Assembly: GCA_016748015.1 (NCBI GenBank)
Contig: JAAOMT010000135.1
Coordinates: 62,001 to 126,000 of the forward strand
DNA from: Geosiphon pyriformis uo1
Lineage: Eukaryota > Fungi > Glomeromycota
Direction: 5' to 3'
DNA length: 64,000 nt
Position numbers and translations under genes: made by a program. Of the stretch, positions 49,044 through 62,342 are shown piece by piece. The notes under the pieces were generated by a model. The model did not search any database. It was given only the letters and a program-made list of their open reading frames with translations, and was not told the origin of the DNA. Each line of letters opens with the position of its first letter. Position 1 is the stretch's first letter.

Positions 49044-49754
49044 TGTTATGGGTTGGAGTAACAAGCTAACAGATAGCAAGAGAGAACAGAATTGTAGAGT
49101 AATAAAAGAAATCAAAAAAAATTCAACTTCAAAGAGTAAAATAAATGAGTATGGATTTAATGTGCAAGATCAGTCTCATAAAATATTTTAATTGCTATAC
49201 TTTTCAAAAAATAACTGAGGAATCTAAAGGTAGAGAGATAGTTTATACTGTCAACAAATAATCACATCTGGTATAATTCTATGCCTCATGTTAGTATTTT
49301 TATAATTTAGTATCAGGTATCAGATATACTTTTCAGTTATGTTTTATTCAATAATCTTCAAATGCTGCAATTACACATTTTAGAAAAAGGATAAAAAATA
49401 ACCAACAAGTAATTTTTTATCCCAAAATGTTTAGATACTTGAAGGTAAGAAAAGAGAAATTTAGCAATAAGAAAATGATTAAGATAAAAGTTGCTATTTT
49501 ATTTATTTAATTTTCTTGATTTCTAATATGCCTTGTATTTCTGACATGTTTTTCTACAGCTAAGAGATTTATTGCTTATATAGCTATTAAAAATGGTCAA
49601 TAATCAGGTCAACAACTAGATCAAGGATCAAATCAATGATCAGGTCAATAATTAGGTCAATAATTACTTTCTAAAAATAAAGTGGCTAATTTATATGACA
49701 TCAATGGCTAATACATGTGATAATTAATAAGAAATATAAGTTTTAACTGTAACA
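49044..49754 (-). repeat. 5' LTR of A3 (711 bp, five 12-bp units)
   Basis: PBS adjacent (ends 49037); matches 16838-17608. Confidence 0.92.
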
Positions 49755-49758
49755 ATAT

Positions 49759-50216
49759 TAACAAAAATATATTAATTAAGATGTGTAAATAGGCAGTAGC
49801 TCAAGCAAAAAATAGATTATGATGAAAACATTGCAAATTACAAACTAAGTAAAAAAAATTAATGGGTATTAACAACAAAGTTAAAAAAAGCCTATCATGT
49901 GTGTTTAAAGTACATAAAATATCAAAGGAAAGAGGTAGTAATAACAGCAAACCCAAAATTAAAAATGATGATAGATTTACAAAGTGTAATAAGATACTAA
50001 TCAAAGCTTTTTGTAATAGAATTACTTTAAGTAATAGTGGGATATTTTTAAAATTTATTAGTTAAACTAACATAGAATTAGGCATAACCATTTAGTGGTT
50101 AGCCACATTTTATAATTTAGATTATTGGGTGAATTGATTTTATAAAAAAGCTATGCTTTTTTGAATAAGGCTAAACTAATAAAAGATCAATATGGTTAAA
50201 TATTAACAAAAAAAAA
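49759..50216 (+). mobile_element. 3' end of a degenerate LINE ('LINE-1'): ORF2 C-terminus, 3' UTR, A9 tail; inserted in A0 gag
   Basis: 49817-49870 translates as L**KHCKLQTK*KKLMGI, i.e. WxxRCxxxxxWEKxxGI after undoing transitions, a motif I recall at fungal LINE ORF2 C-termini. Tail 50208-50216, then A gag resumes. Confidence 0.65.
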
Positions 50217-53146
50217 TCATATGCTTTGTGATCTTTTTTGGTTTTAAAAAATAATTCTATCATAAATATGGCTATTGAACTTGCTTAAAAAATAGAAAAC
50301 AACCAAAAAATGCACTTAGGATCTATTCTTCCAGTCGTTGTTCTTGTTTTTGCTTCTTAAATAACTGCAATCTTTTTTGTTGTCCAAACTCAAAACCCAA
50401 ATAAACAATTAATAAATAGACTTACAGCCAATTTTGTTTGGTTACTAAAGCCTCTAGCCCAAGCAATTAGAGAAAATCAACAATCTCAAAGACCAAGATT
50501 TGAATTTTGCTTTAATCAGTCTTAGCAACCACCTTATTAAAGACAGCAAAATTGTGGCCCAGCTATATGTTATTACTGTAAATTAACTGGACACTTTTTT
50601 AAAAATTGCAACAATCTTTTATTACCCCTTCTAGCTCTTAAAAACAATACTCAAAACAACAAATTTAACAATAATAATATCCCTAATTAAAGATTTAATC
50701 ATGCTAATATCAATTTTTTGGAAAGAATTCTTTAGTTAAAGTCACTGTTTATTAGTTTTTAAACTGGTAAATGCATTTTTAAAGGGTGAAAGTACAAGCC
50801 AACCAGAAAAAGACTTCTTTTATATTTTTAACTTAATTAATAATAATCATAATATAGATAAACTGGCAATCAACCTCTCTAATTCAACAAGAAAAAAAAA
50901 AGCCAAGATTGATTTCACTCTGAATCTCAATAAAGCTTCTATATTAACTGTTAATAATAATAAGCCACCAAAAACAAAAATTTTTAAAAATCCTTCAAAT
51001 TTGAAATCTTTAGAAATTGTACAAAAATCTGGCCCCTATTTTATTGTTAAAAATTTTATGAAAACACCAGCTTATATTACTTTTGGCCAGTTAATGACCC
51101 ATCTACAATTTAGAAAAAACTTTTGTAAATTATTGATTCCAAAAAAAAAGACACCAAAAACCAACAAACACTCTTGCCAAGCTGAATTTACTGACAATAA
51201 CAATGTTACTTCTCTAATTTACAAAGCATAAGTGGCTGGTTACTTTATTGATTTGATTTGATTTTAAACAGTAGATTATCTGTTAGTGTTATTGTTAAAC
51301 ATTTTTTAAAGCAATTGGTAAAAAGATTAATGAATCTTCTACTTGACCAATGACTAATATACATGGTAACAAAAAAAAAAATCTGAACTGTTTTTGTTCA
51401 CATTAATGGCATCAATATTGAAACTAACATAAAAATATCTGAAACAAAATAATATACCATAATTGTTGGCAATAAATGGCTTAAGAAAACCAAAGTCTTA
51501 CTTGACTATAAACTTTGTAAGTTAATTATTAGATGTAATAAGAAGTCTATTGTGGTTAAGTATTGTCATTGAACAACTTCTCTAGTACCCAAACAAAACC
51601 CAAAAAACAAACAATCAGATAAATCAAATAATAAAAAAAGTGAAAAAGAAGAGAATAAAAAAGAATAAAAAGAAACTGCTAAACTTACCTATACTATTTT
51701 TATCAATAATAGCAAGTTACTAAATAATGTTAAAGCTAACAGAGAAAAAATTATTGTAAATAGCAAGCTAATCTGTTAGTTATATTATGACATACTCAAA
51801 AAAATCTTTAACAGAAAGCCTGACAAAAAAGCCAAATACAGTTATTAGTAGCATGATTCTTATATCTGGTACTAGTGTATTAACCCATTGTATTTTTTCA
51901 GCAATAAATACAAATTTTGTTTAAGCTATAACAAAAATTGAGAACTTATTAGCTTAATACTAAAAAAAGAAATACAAAAAGTGCAAAAGTCCTTTAAAAA
52001 CAAACCACCAGAAATACAGTCATTAATAATAGAGCAAAAAAACTCTTTCCAGAAGAAAAAAAGATAGATATTAAAAATTTGTTGACTAAAAACAGTTCAG
52101 TTATCTCAAAAAAAAATAATGCCTCTAAATGTATTTATATAATACAACACACTATTATTACCAAAGAAACTTGTCCTATCTACTTGAAATCTTATTAATC
52201 CAATTGTCATAATAATAAATTTATTAAGAAAAAAATAAACTAGATGAAAAATCTTGGATTTATACAAAAAACCAAGAGTAAATAGGCTTTTCCAATTGTA
52301 ATGGTATCCAAGAAAAGTGGAACTCTATGTTTCTGTATTGACTATTAATAACTAAATGTTATTACTAAAAGAGACATGTAGTCACTTCCCAAAATTAATG
52401 CAATACTAAACTAATTCAATAGTGTTGCTTTCTTTTTAACTATTAACTTAACTGCTAAATTCTAACAAGTAGAAATAAATCCAAAAAGCAGAAAGAAAAC
52501 TGTTTTTATTACTAAGTATAGCACTTATAAATTTACAGTTATGCTTTTTGGTCTTATCAATGCCCCTTTTACTTTTTAATGCTTAATGAACAAAATATTT
52601 GAATCAGTAAAAAAAAACTTTTTTCTGGTCTATTTAGATAACATAATAGTATATTTAAAAACTTGAGATGAATATCTTAAACATTTACAAAAGATTTTTA
52701 ATCTTCTTAAAAATACTAGTCTCAAATATCAATCTTATCAAATCTTTTTTTGAATAACAATCCATCCAGTTCCTTAGTTATTTTATTATAAAAGATAGAA
52801 TCTTTCCTAATTCAACCAAAGTTGAAAAAGTCCAGAATATTAAACAATCAATAAATGTTCATAAACTATGTTCTTTTTTTGAATTGGTTTTTTATTATCA
52901 CAAATTCATCAAAAATTTCTCTAAAATTGTTTTTTCTTTTAATTAGTCACTTAAAAAAAATATCAATTATTACTAAAATACATATTAACAAAAAGCATTT
53001 GAAACTTTGAAGAAAAAATTAATTACAGAATCTATTTTTATGCAATTTGATCTAGATTAATCTTTTATCCTTTATATTAATATATCTAGCTATAGACTTG
53101 GTGCTGTTCTCTTACAAAAAAATAAAAATGACAAGGAATATACTAT

Positions 53147-56100
53147 TGTTATGAGTTGGAGTAACAAGCTAATGGATAGCAAGGGAGAACAGAATTGTAG
53201 AGTGATGGAAATAATCAAAGAAGAATTCAACTTTAAAGAACAAATTGAATAAGTATGGATTTAATGTGCAAGATCAGTCTCATAAAATATCTCAGTCGCT
53301 ATTCTTTTCAAAGATAACTGGGGAATCTGAAAGTAGAAGGATAGTCCATACTGTCAACAATTAATCACTACTGGTATAATTCTATGCCTCACATTGATGC
53401 TCTTAGAATTCAATATCAGGTATTAACTTGTGCTTTTCAGTCACGTTTATACAAATAGTTTTCAAATACTACAATTATTCAAACAGAAAAAGGCCAACAA
53501 GTAATCTTTTATCCTAAGATGTTCAGATACTTGAAGGTAGAGAAAAAAAAATTAGCAATAAGAGAGTGATTGAGATGAAAGTTGTTATTTTTATTTATTT
53601 GATTCTTGTCTAAGAGATAATTTTCTACAGCTAAGAGACTCATCGCTTATATAGCTAATGAAAGTGGTCAACAACTAAGTCAATGATCAGGTCAATAATC
53701 AGGTCAACGGTCAGGTCATTAATCAGGTTAATAATCATTATCTAAAAATAGAGTGGCTAATTATATGACATCAGTGGCTAATACATGTAATAACTAATAA
53801 AAATTATGAGTTTCAACCATAACATCATCCTCTCCAAAGAGATTGAGCTCTGGCAAAATCAAGCTATTTATGAGATAATCTATGTGAAGAGTTTTGTCTA
53901 ACTCAAAACTAACTAGTTTGTTGAAGTCTTTTGTGGATAAAATATATAATACTTGAGGTGAAATAAGTTTTGTATTCAAGAGACCAAATCTTTGTATAAA
54001 AATTCTGGCTCTTTTAGCAATGGTTAAAACTCTTGAGACATCTAATCATATAATGCCCAAAATTTCCACTTGTATCTCTGAAGTTGTTTTCTTCATGAGC
54101 TTCATGTCTTCTATGATTTTACCAAGATGACCATAAAGTTCTAGTTGTTTTCCATATGACAAGTTTTTGTCTATAGGCAAGATTTCTTGTATTGTTTTTC
54201 CAATTGTGCTGGAAGGTAAAAGTATTACTGCTGTTATGCTTTCCAGCAGATATTTATCCATTTTGCCACCAATTCTTTCTCTTCTGGTAGTTGTTTTCTT
54301 TGGTCTGATAACAGTGTGAGTTCCACTGTTGTCTGTTATGGTGGTTTGTTTTCCAATAGTCAGAGTAGCATTTGGATAGTTCTTGATCTAGTACTCATGG
54401 AGAGTATAGAAAGCGTTTTGAATGTTTTAATCCAGGAAATAATTGTTCATGTCGATTGAAGATACCTCTGTTTTGAGAATGATGCATTTATTTATATCTG
54501 ATTTTTGCTGATCATTTGGGTCAGTATTACCACAACAAGTAACCAATCAGGTCGTTTGTGATATTACTTGAATTGCATGCCATGAACAGGGCGATTACTG
54601 AATATTGTTCCATATTGATCTTGTAAGATATATGAACTATTGTTCAAAACTTTGTTGACTATAAAAAGTTCTTTCCAGCAGCTGGAAAATTTATCACCAT
54701 AGACATTGTTTCTGTCTGAACGGTATTCCAAAACTAAGTCACCAACACTTAAGGAAAGTGTTTTATAGGTCTTTTTTTTTTTAAGCTTCTCTTGGAACTG
54801 TTTTATCTTTTTAAAGGCAATTATCCGTGCTTCTACCAATGAGTCAAGAATGGTACTAAGTCTTCTTTGCAAAATGTTCTTGTAATCTCCTATTGTTATT
54901 TCTTCAAAAGATATTGTTTCTATATCCATTTCTATTGGTAGAGTTGTCATTCATCCATAGAGCAGATAAAAGGGTTCATAACTTGTTATGTCATGATTCA
55001 CAGTTCTGTAGGCAAACAAAGCTGAAGACAATACTTTGTCCCATAGGTTGGTTTTTTCACTGGTTTTGGCTAGGGTTTCACATAGTATTCTATTGAAACG
55101 TTCTACTAGGCCATTTGTTTGAGGGTGATAAGGGGAAGAGAGTTTATGATGTATTCCCATTTTTCTGCAAAGTTTTTTAACTAGTGTACTGAGAAAAGCT
55201 CTTCCTTTATTAGATAAAAGTTCTTTGGAGCAGCCGTAACAACAGATAATATCTTCATAAATAAAATTGGCAATTGAGACTGCTATTTGATCTGGGGTGG
55301 CTCTTGCTTCTACCCACTTTGTAAGATAGTCGGTAACTGTAATAATGTATTTGTTGCCATCAGGAGTTACTGTTAAAGGTCCAACAACATTTATACCAAT
55401 TTTGTCAAATGGTTGACCAACAGAGATTGGATGGATATCTTCCTTGCGATTGGGTTTTCCTCTTTTTTGGCAGGTATCACAGGTTTTGATGTATTCAGCA
55501 ATATTTTTTCCCAAGGTAGGTCAATAATAGTGAGCTAAAGTTTTCTGAATCATTTTTGTTTTTTCAAAGTGTCCAGCTAATGGATCAGTGTGCATATTGT
55601 AGATCACAATTTCTCTTTCTTTAAATCTGATGACTCTTTGGGTGTGGTCAGGATTTTTTCTATTTCTTTTATATAACTGGTTCTAGTGAATTAAATAGAA
55701 ATTTGATTGTTTGCACAAATGTTTTCTTTGCTGTTGAGTATAGTCTGGCGGGTATTGTTCTTTACCCAAAAATTCTATTAAGGCAGAGTAGTTGTCCAAG
55801 TCCATTATTGTGTTTGTTTGTGAGGGAGTTACAAATAATTAAGTTGGTTTGGTTTGAGAGGGTTTTACTATTACTAGATGGTAAGTCTGAAGAGAGCATC
55901 GGCGTTTTGATAATTAGCTCCTTTGCAGTATTGAATATTATAGTCGAATTCATCCAAGTGGAGTATCTAACAAGTTATTTGTTTATGTTCCAGGTTTTTT
56001 TTGTTGCATAGCCAAACCAAAGCTTGGTGATCTGTTACCACCAAAAATTTCACACCCTTAAGATATTTGTCCCAGTAGCTGGTAGCCCAAACTACTGCTA

Positions 56101-59100
56101 AGCATTCTTGCTTAGTGACTGAGTAGTTCTTTTCTGCTGGTATAAGAGTTCTACTGGCATATGCTACGGTATGTTTTCTGCCATCTTCATTTTTCTGGGA
56201 AAGAACAGCACCAAGTCCATAGCCAGATGCATCAGTATGGAGGATAAAAGATTGATTCAGATTAGGTTGCATAAGGATAAATTCTGTAACCAGTTTTTCC
56301 TTTAGAATTTCAAATGCTTTTTGTTGATGAGTGCCCCAGTGATAATTGATGTTTTTCCTAAGTAGCTGATTGAAAGGAGTGACGATTTTGGAGAAATTCT
56401 TGACAAACTTGCGGTAATAAGAGGCCAAACTAAGAAAAGAGTGTAGTTTATGAACATTCATTGGCTGTCTAATGTTTTGAACTTTTTCAATTTTGGCTGG
56501 ATCAGGGAAGATTCCATCTTTTGTAATAAGATGGCCAAGGAACTGGGTGAATTGACGTCCAAAGAATAATTTGATTGGATTGATCTTGAGACCAGCATTT
56601 CTAAGGAGATCAAAAACCTTTTGCAAATGTTCAAGATGTTCATCCCAGGTTTTTGAGTATATTATTATGTCATCCAAATAGACTAGAACAAAGTTTTTTT
56701 TACTGATTCAAATACTTTGTCCATTAAGTGTTAAAAGATAGGAGGAGCATTTGTGAGACCAAAAGCCATGACTGTGAATTCATAAGTGCCATACTTGGTA
56801 ATGAAGGCAGTTTTCTTTCTGCTTTTTGGATCCATTTCTACTTGCCAGAATCCAGCAGTTAAGTCAATGGTTGAGAAGAAAGCAGCACCATGGAATTGGT
56901 CTAACATTGCATCAATCTTGGGAAGTGGGTATATGTCTCTTTCAGTAATAGCATTTAATTGGCGATAGTCAACACAAAAGCATAGGGTTCCTCCTTTCTT
57001 GAATACCACTACAACCGGGAATGCCTATTCACTCTTGGTTTTCTGTATAAATCCAAGGTTTTTTATTTGGGTTATTTCCTTTTTGATAAACTCATCATTG
57101 TGCCAGTTGGATTGATAGGGCTTCAAATAGATGAGATGAGTTTCTCTGGTGATGATGGTGTGTTGTATCACATGTGTACATCCAGAAGATTCACCTTCTT
57201 TTGAGATAACTGGGCTGTTTCTAGCCAGCAGGTTTTCAATATCTATTTTTCTTTCTTCTGGAGAAGGTTCTTTTTGTTCTACAACCAGTGATTGGATTTC
57301 AGGTGGTTTATTTTCAAAGGACTTTTGGACTTTTTTTATTTCCTCACGGGGTATCAAGCTGATTGGTTCCCAATCTTTGTAATAGATCAGGCAGGACATA
57401 TATTCATTACTAGGAAAATACAATAGTTTGTCGCACCAGCACTAGGCACAAGGACCATGTCACCAATAACTGTATTTGGCTTTCTTGCCTGGCTTTCTGT
57501 CAAAGGTTCTTCTGAGCATATCATAATAAGGCCAGCAGATCAGCTTGCCATTGACAATGATTCCTTCTTTATCTGCCTTGACATTATCCAGTGGTTTGCC
57601 ATTGCTGGTGAAGATGGTATAGGCAAGTTTAACAGTTTCTTCTTGTTCTTCTTGTTCTTCTTCTTCCTCACTTTTTTTATCATCTGTTTTGTCTGATTCA
57701 TTTTCTTCTGGGCTTTGCTTGGGTACTGGGGGAGTTATCCAATGGCAACATTTAACCACAATAGGTTTCTCACCACATCTGATGGTTAGTTCACAGAGTT
57801 CATAATCAAGCAAAGCTTTTGCTTTTTTGAGCCATTCATTGCCAACAATGATGGTGTATTTTTTCACTTCAGATACTTCCATATCAGTTTCAATGCTAAT
57901 GTCATTGATGTGGACAGAAATAGCTTTGGCTATGCCAAGCTCTTTCTTCTTATCACCATGCACATTGGTCATTGGTCGTGTGGATAGTTCATCAATTTTT
58001 CTGCCAATTGCTTCAAGAAAGTGTTTAGCAATAACACTAACAGATGATCCACTGTCTAGGATCAAATCGATGAAGTAGCCAGCCACTTGGGCTTTGCAAA
58101 TTAGAGGAATGACATTGCTATTGTCAGCAAGTCCAGCTTGACAAGGGCGTTTGTTGGTTTTGGGTGTCTTTTTCTTTGGAATCAGAGATTTGCAAAGATC
58201 TTTTCTGAATTGTGGATGGGTCATTAATTGGCCAAAGGTTATATGTGTTGGGGTTTCCATGAGGTCTTTAACAACAGAATAGGGGCCGGATTTTTGTACT
58301 ATTTTTGGGGGTTCTAACTTTGGAGGGTTTTTGAAAACTTTGGCTTTTGGGGACTCATTGTTGTCAGCAGTTGATGTAAAAGCTTTATTGGGGTCCAGAA
58401 CGAAATCAACTTTGGCTTTCTTTTTCTTTCTTGTGGATTCAGAGGGGTTGATTGCTAGTTCATCCATGTTATGGTCATCATTAATTAAGTTAAAAGCGAA
58501 AAAGAGGTTTTCTTCTGGTTGGCTTGCACTTTCACTCTTTGGAGGTGCATCTACCAGTTTAAAGGCTAATAAACAGTGGCTTCAACTAGGGGATCCTCTC
58601 CAAAGAAATTGATGTTGGCATGATTGGGTCTTTGGTTGGAAACATTGTTGTTGTTGGGTCTGTTGTTCTGGACATTATTGTTTCTGGAAACTGGTGGAGG
58701 CAGTGGAGGGTTGTTGCAATCTCTTGAAAAGTGTCCAGTTAATCCACAGTGATAGCATATAGGTGGGCTATGATTTTGTTGTCTTTAATAAGGTGGTTGC
58801 TGGGACTAATTGAAGCATGGTTCAAATCTGGGTCTTTGTGGTTGTTGATTTTCTCTGACTGCTTAGGCTAAGAGTTCTAATAACCAGGCAAGATTTGTTG
58901 TGAGTCTGTCTATTAACTGTTCATTTGAATCTTGAGTGTGAGTGGCAAAAAAAGTAGCAGCCATTTGAGAGGCAGGAGCTATGACAAGAGCAGGAGCAAA
59001 AACTGATAGTGTGGATTCCAAGTGCATCCTTTGGTTATCTTCAATTCTTTGTGCTAATTCAATGGCCATATCCATGGTGGAATTATTTTTCAAGGCCAGG

Positions 59101-60810
59101 AGGGGCCAAAGAGCATACGATAGATCAGTTCTCAATTCTTTTGTGAAGGAGTGAATTTTCTGCTCTTCTGTCTAATTTCTCTCAGAGTCTACACATTTGA
59201 TTAGCTTTCTAATAGCTTTGGCATATTCAGTCACTACTTTTCCAGGGCCTTGGGTTCTTTTTTCCAATTCCATGTGCCATTTGGATATTAATATTGGGGT
59301 TCTGAACTTGGTCTCAAATCGGGTAGTAAAAGAGATATTTTCTTCTTCAGCATTGATTGGTGTCTATCTGATTATTCTGTGTTAAGCATTGGCATCTGTT
59401 TCTTGTGAGAACCAGATAGCAGAAGAGCCTTGGAGGTAGCCACCAATGATTTGGAACTTGTATTTTTTATTATACTGGTTGGCTGTGGCAGCTCTCTCAA
59501 AATCATCCAACCATTCAATTGGATCTTGTGCATCATCTCTAAATAGTAGTAGTGGGGTATTGTTTCTTCTTCCTAGAGCAGTTTGTATACCTTGAAGGGC
59601 AGCCAGAATATTTGCTTGCATGAGGTCATTAGCCATTGGTTCAGGAGTAACTGTTTGTGTAGACGAGTCTGATTCGCTTGATAAAAGGTCAAAAACAGAG
59701 GCAATTTGGTAGCTTTTTTCTTCTGTTTCAAAGGGAGTTTCAGTTGCTTGATGGGCAGCAATCCAAATGTGGATTTAATGATTCAAATATTCGAAATCAG
59801 AGGGCTGTTGTTCAAAGGTTGCAGAATATAAGAGCTGATTAATACTGTTGTTTCTTTCTTCAAAGTTGTTTTCAAAATAAGCTTGGTCAAAGTAATAGGT
59901 TGTATAAGCTGTGTAGGTTTCAGCTGAATGCTCGTTCAGAAACCAGTTCCAAAAGTCTTGAAATTGTCTACTGGATTGTTTTTCAAGGAGGAAGCAGATC
60001 AAGCAGGAGAGCAGAAGATTAAGTTCAATGAAATCTAGGTCATTTCTGTTATGTGCTGCAAAGTGTTCTTCTGATTGCTGTGGCAGATATAAGTAATCAC
60101 CCATACAATGAGAGAATAAGTGAATTTTGACAACCTCACAGGGAGCACCACTTTTATGTTACGGGTTAGAGTAACAAGCTAACAGATAGCAAGGGAGAAC
60201 AGGATTGTAGAGTGATGGAAATAATCAAAGGGGAATTCAACTTTAAAGAGTGAATTAAATGAGTATGAATTCAATGTGGGAGATCAGTCTCATAAAATAT
60301 CTCAGTCGCTATTCTTTTCAAAGGTAACTAGGGAATCTGAAGGTAGAGGGATAGTCTGTACTGTCAACAATTGATCACCACTGGTATAATTCTATGCCTC
60401 ATGTCAGCGCTCTTAGAATTCAATATCAGATATCAACTTGGGCTTTTCAGTCACATTTATATAAATAGTCTTCAGATACTACAATTATTCAAACAGGAAA
60501 AGACCTACAAGTAATCTTTTATCCTAAGATGTTCAGATACTTAAAGGTAGGAAAAGGGAAATTAGTAATAAGAGAGTAATTAAGATAAAAATTGTTATTT
60601 TTATTTATTTGATTCTTGTTTGAGAGATAATTTTCTACAGCTAAGAGACTCATCACTTATATAGCTAATAAAAGTGGTCAACAACTAGGTCAATGATTAG
60701 GTCAATAATCAGGTCAATGATCACTATCTAAAAATAGAATGGCTAATTATATGACATTAGTGGCTAATACATGTAATAACTAATAAAAATTATGGGTTTC
60801 AACCATAATA
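53147..60810 (-). mobile_element. Ty3/Gypsy family A, copy A6, full-length and gap-free (7664 bp), inserted in A0 RNase H
   Basis: LTRs 53147-53824 and 60157-60810. TSD CTAT at 53143-53146 and 60811-60814. PBS 60133-60150; PPT GGAGAGGATGA. Confidence 0.96.
53794..60104 (-). pseudogene. A6 gag (58551-60104), pol (55871-58563), integrase (54492-55805), accessory ORF (53794-54450)
   Basis: ORF-track peptides, with multiple premature stops. Confidence 0.92.
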
Positions 60811-61633
60811 CTATAACATATATAAACAAAACACTCTCATCAACAGAACAGAACTATTTAATTACTAAACAGAAATGCTTAGCAGTAGTTTGGACTACTA
60901 ATTACTAGAATAAATATTTTTTTGGTATAAAATTCTTAGTAATAACAGATTATTAAGTCTTGGTTTGGTTATGCAAAAAAAAAAAGCTAAAACACGAAAA
61001 GATAACTTACTGGATACTCCACTTGAATGAATTTAACTATGACATTCAATATTGCAAAGAAACAAATCATTAAAATGCTAATGCTCTTTTCAAACTTATT
61101 ATTCAGTAATAGTATAATCTTCACAAATCAAATTAATCTAATTATTAGTAACTACTCCTTAACCAAATACAATAATGGATTTGAACAACTACTTTATACT
61201 AATAGAATTTTTGGGTTAAAGACAATACTCACTAAACTACAATTAACAACAAAGAAAACATTTGCACAAATAATCAAATTTTTATTTAATTTGTTAGAAC
61301 TAATTATATCAAAGAAATAAAAAAAATCTTAACCACCCTTAAAGAGTTATTAGATTGGAAAAAAAAAAATTATAATATACAACATATATACTAACCCATT
61401 AGCTAAACACTTTAAAAAACAAAAACAATTCAGAAAACCTTAGCTTGCTATTATTGGCCTATCTTAGAAAAATATATTCCTGAATATATTAAAACCTGTA
61501 ATATTTACCAAAAAAAAAGAAAATCCAATTGCAAAAAAGATATTTATCCAATCTCTGTTGGTCAACTATTTAACAGAATTGGTATAAATGTTGTTAGACC
61601 TTTAACAATAATTTCTAATAACAACAGATATAT

Positions 61634-62342
61634 TGTTATGATTAAAACTCATACTTTTTATTAATTATTATATGTATTAGTTATTAATGTTATATAATTA
61701 ATCACTTTATTTTTAGATAATAATTATTGACCTGATCAATGACCTAACCATTGACCTGATTATTGATTTAATTATTAATCTGATCAATGATCTGATTGTT
61801 AATTACTTTTAATAACTATATAAGTAATAAGTCTCTTAATTATAGAAAGACATAATCAAAGTAACAAAATAAAGCCCATTATTAATTACTTTTTCTCATA
61901 TTGCTTATTTTTTTTTTATCTTCAAGTATCTAAACATCTTGAAATAAAAGATTACTTATTGGCATTCACATATTTTATCTTTTCTCTTCTTGATTTGTAT
62001 TGTTAAAATTAGTCTGAGAAGCAATTACTTGCTCTTGTGATTTATTAAATAAAGAAATGATTAAAAAGCACAATGATACTTGTTATTAATTCTAAAAATT
62101 GCCAAGTTGAGACATAGAATAATAGTAGTAGTTTTATCTTATTAACAATCATGGACTATTTCTCTATCTTCAGATTTTCAAAAAAAATTTGTGACTGTAA
62201 TTTTTATGAGATTGATCACACATATTGAATTTTTACTTATTTAATTCACTTCTTAATTGTAATTTTTTCTTTGATTATTTCCATTATTCTACAATTCTAT
62301 TCTTCTTTGCTATTAATTAGCTTGTTATTTCAACTTATAACA
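61634..62342 (+). repeat. Family-A LTR (A4 subtype) without matching TSD
   Basis: TGTTATGA...TATAACA. Left flank ATAT lies in A0 integrase; right flank TTAG lies in LINE-2. Confidence 0.88.

Larger units (their letters stand above)
16838..49754 (-). mobile_element. Ty3/Gypsy family A, copy A3 (own sequence 16838-17835, 25500-26304, 43754-49754; hosts A4 and A5+B)
   Basis: LTRs 16838-17608 and 49044-49754. TSD ATAC (16834-16837) / ATAT (49755-49758). Internal sequence is continuous across both nested insertions. Confidence 0.9.
50217..62342 (+). mobile_element. Ty3/Gypsy family A, copy A0 (oldest and most AT-shifted; 5' part outside the window; hosts A6; integrase truncated at 61633)
   Basis: gag to RNase H homology 50217-53146, resuming 60815-61633, then LTR 61634-62342. 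Confidence 0.85.
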
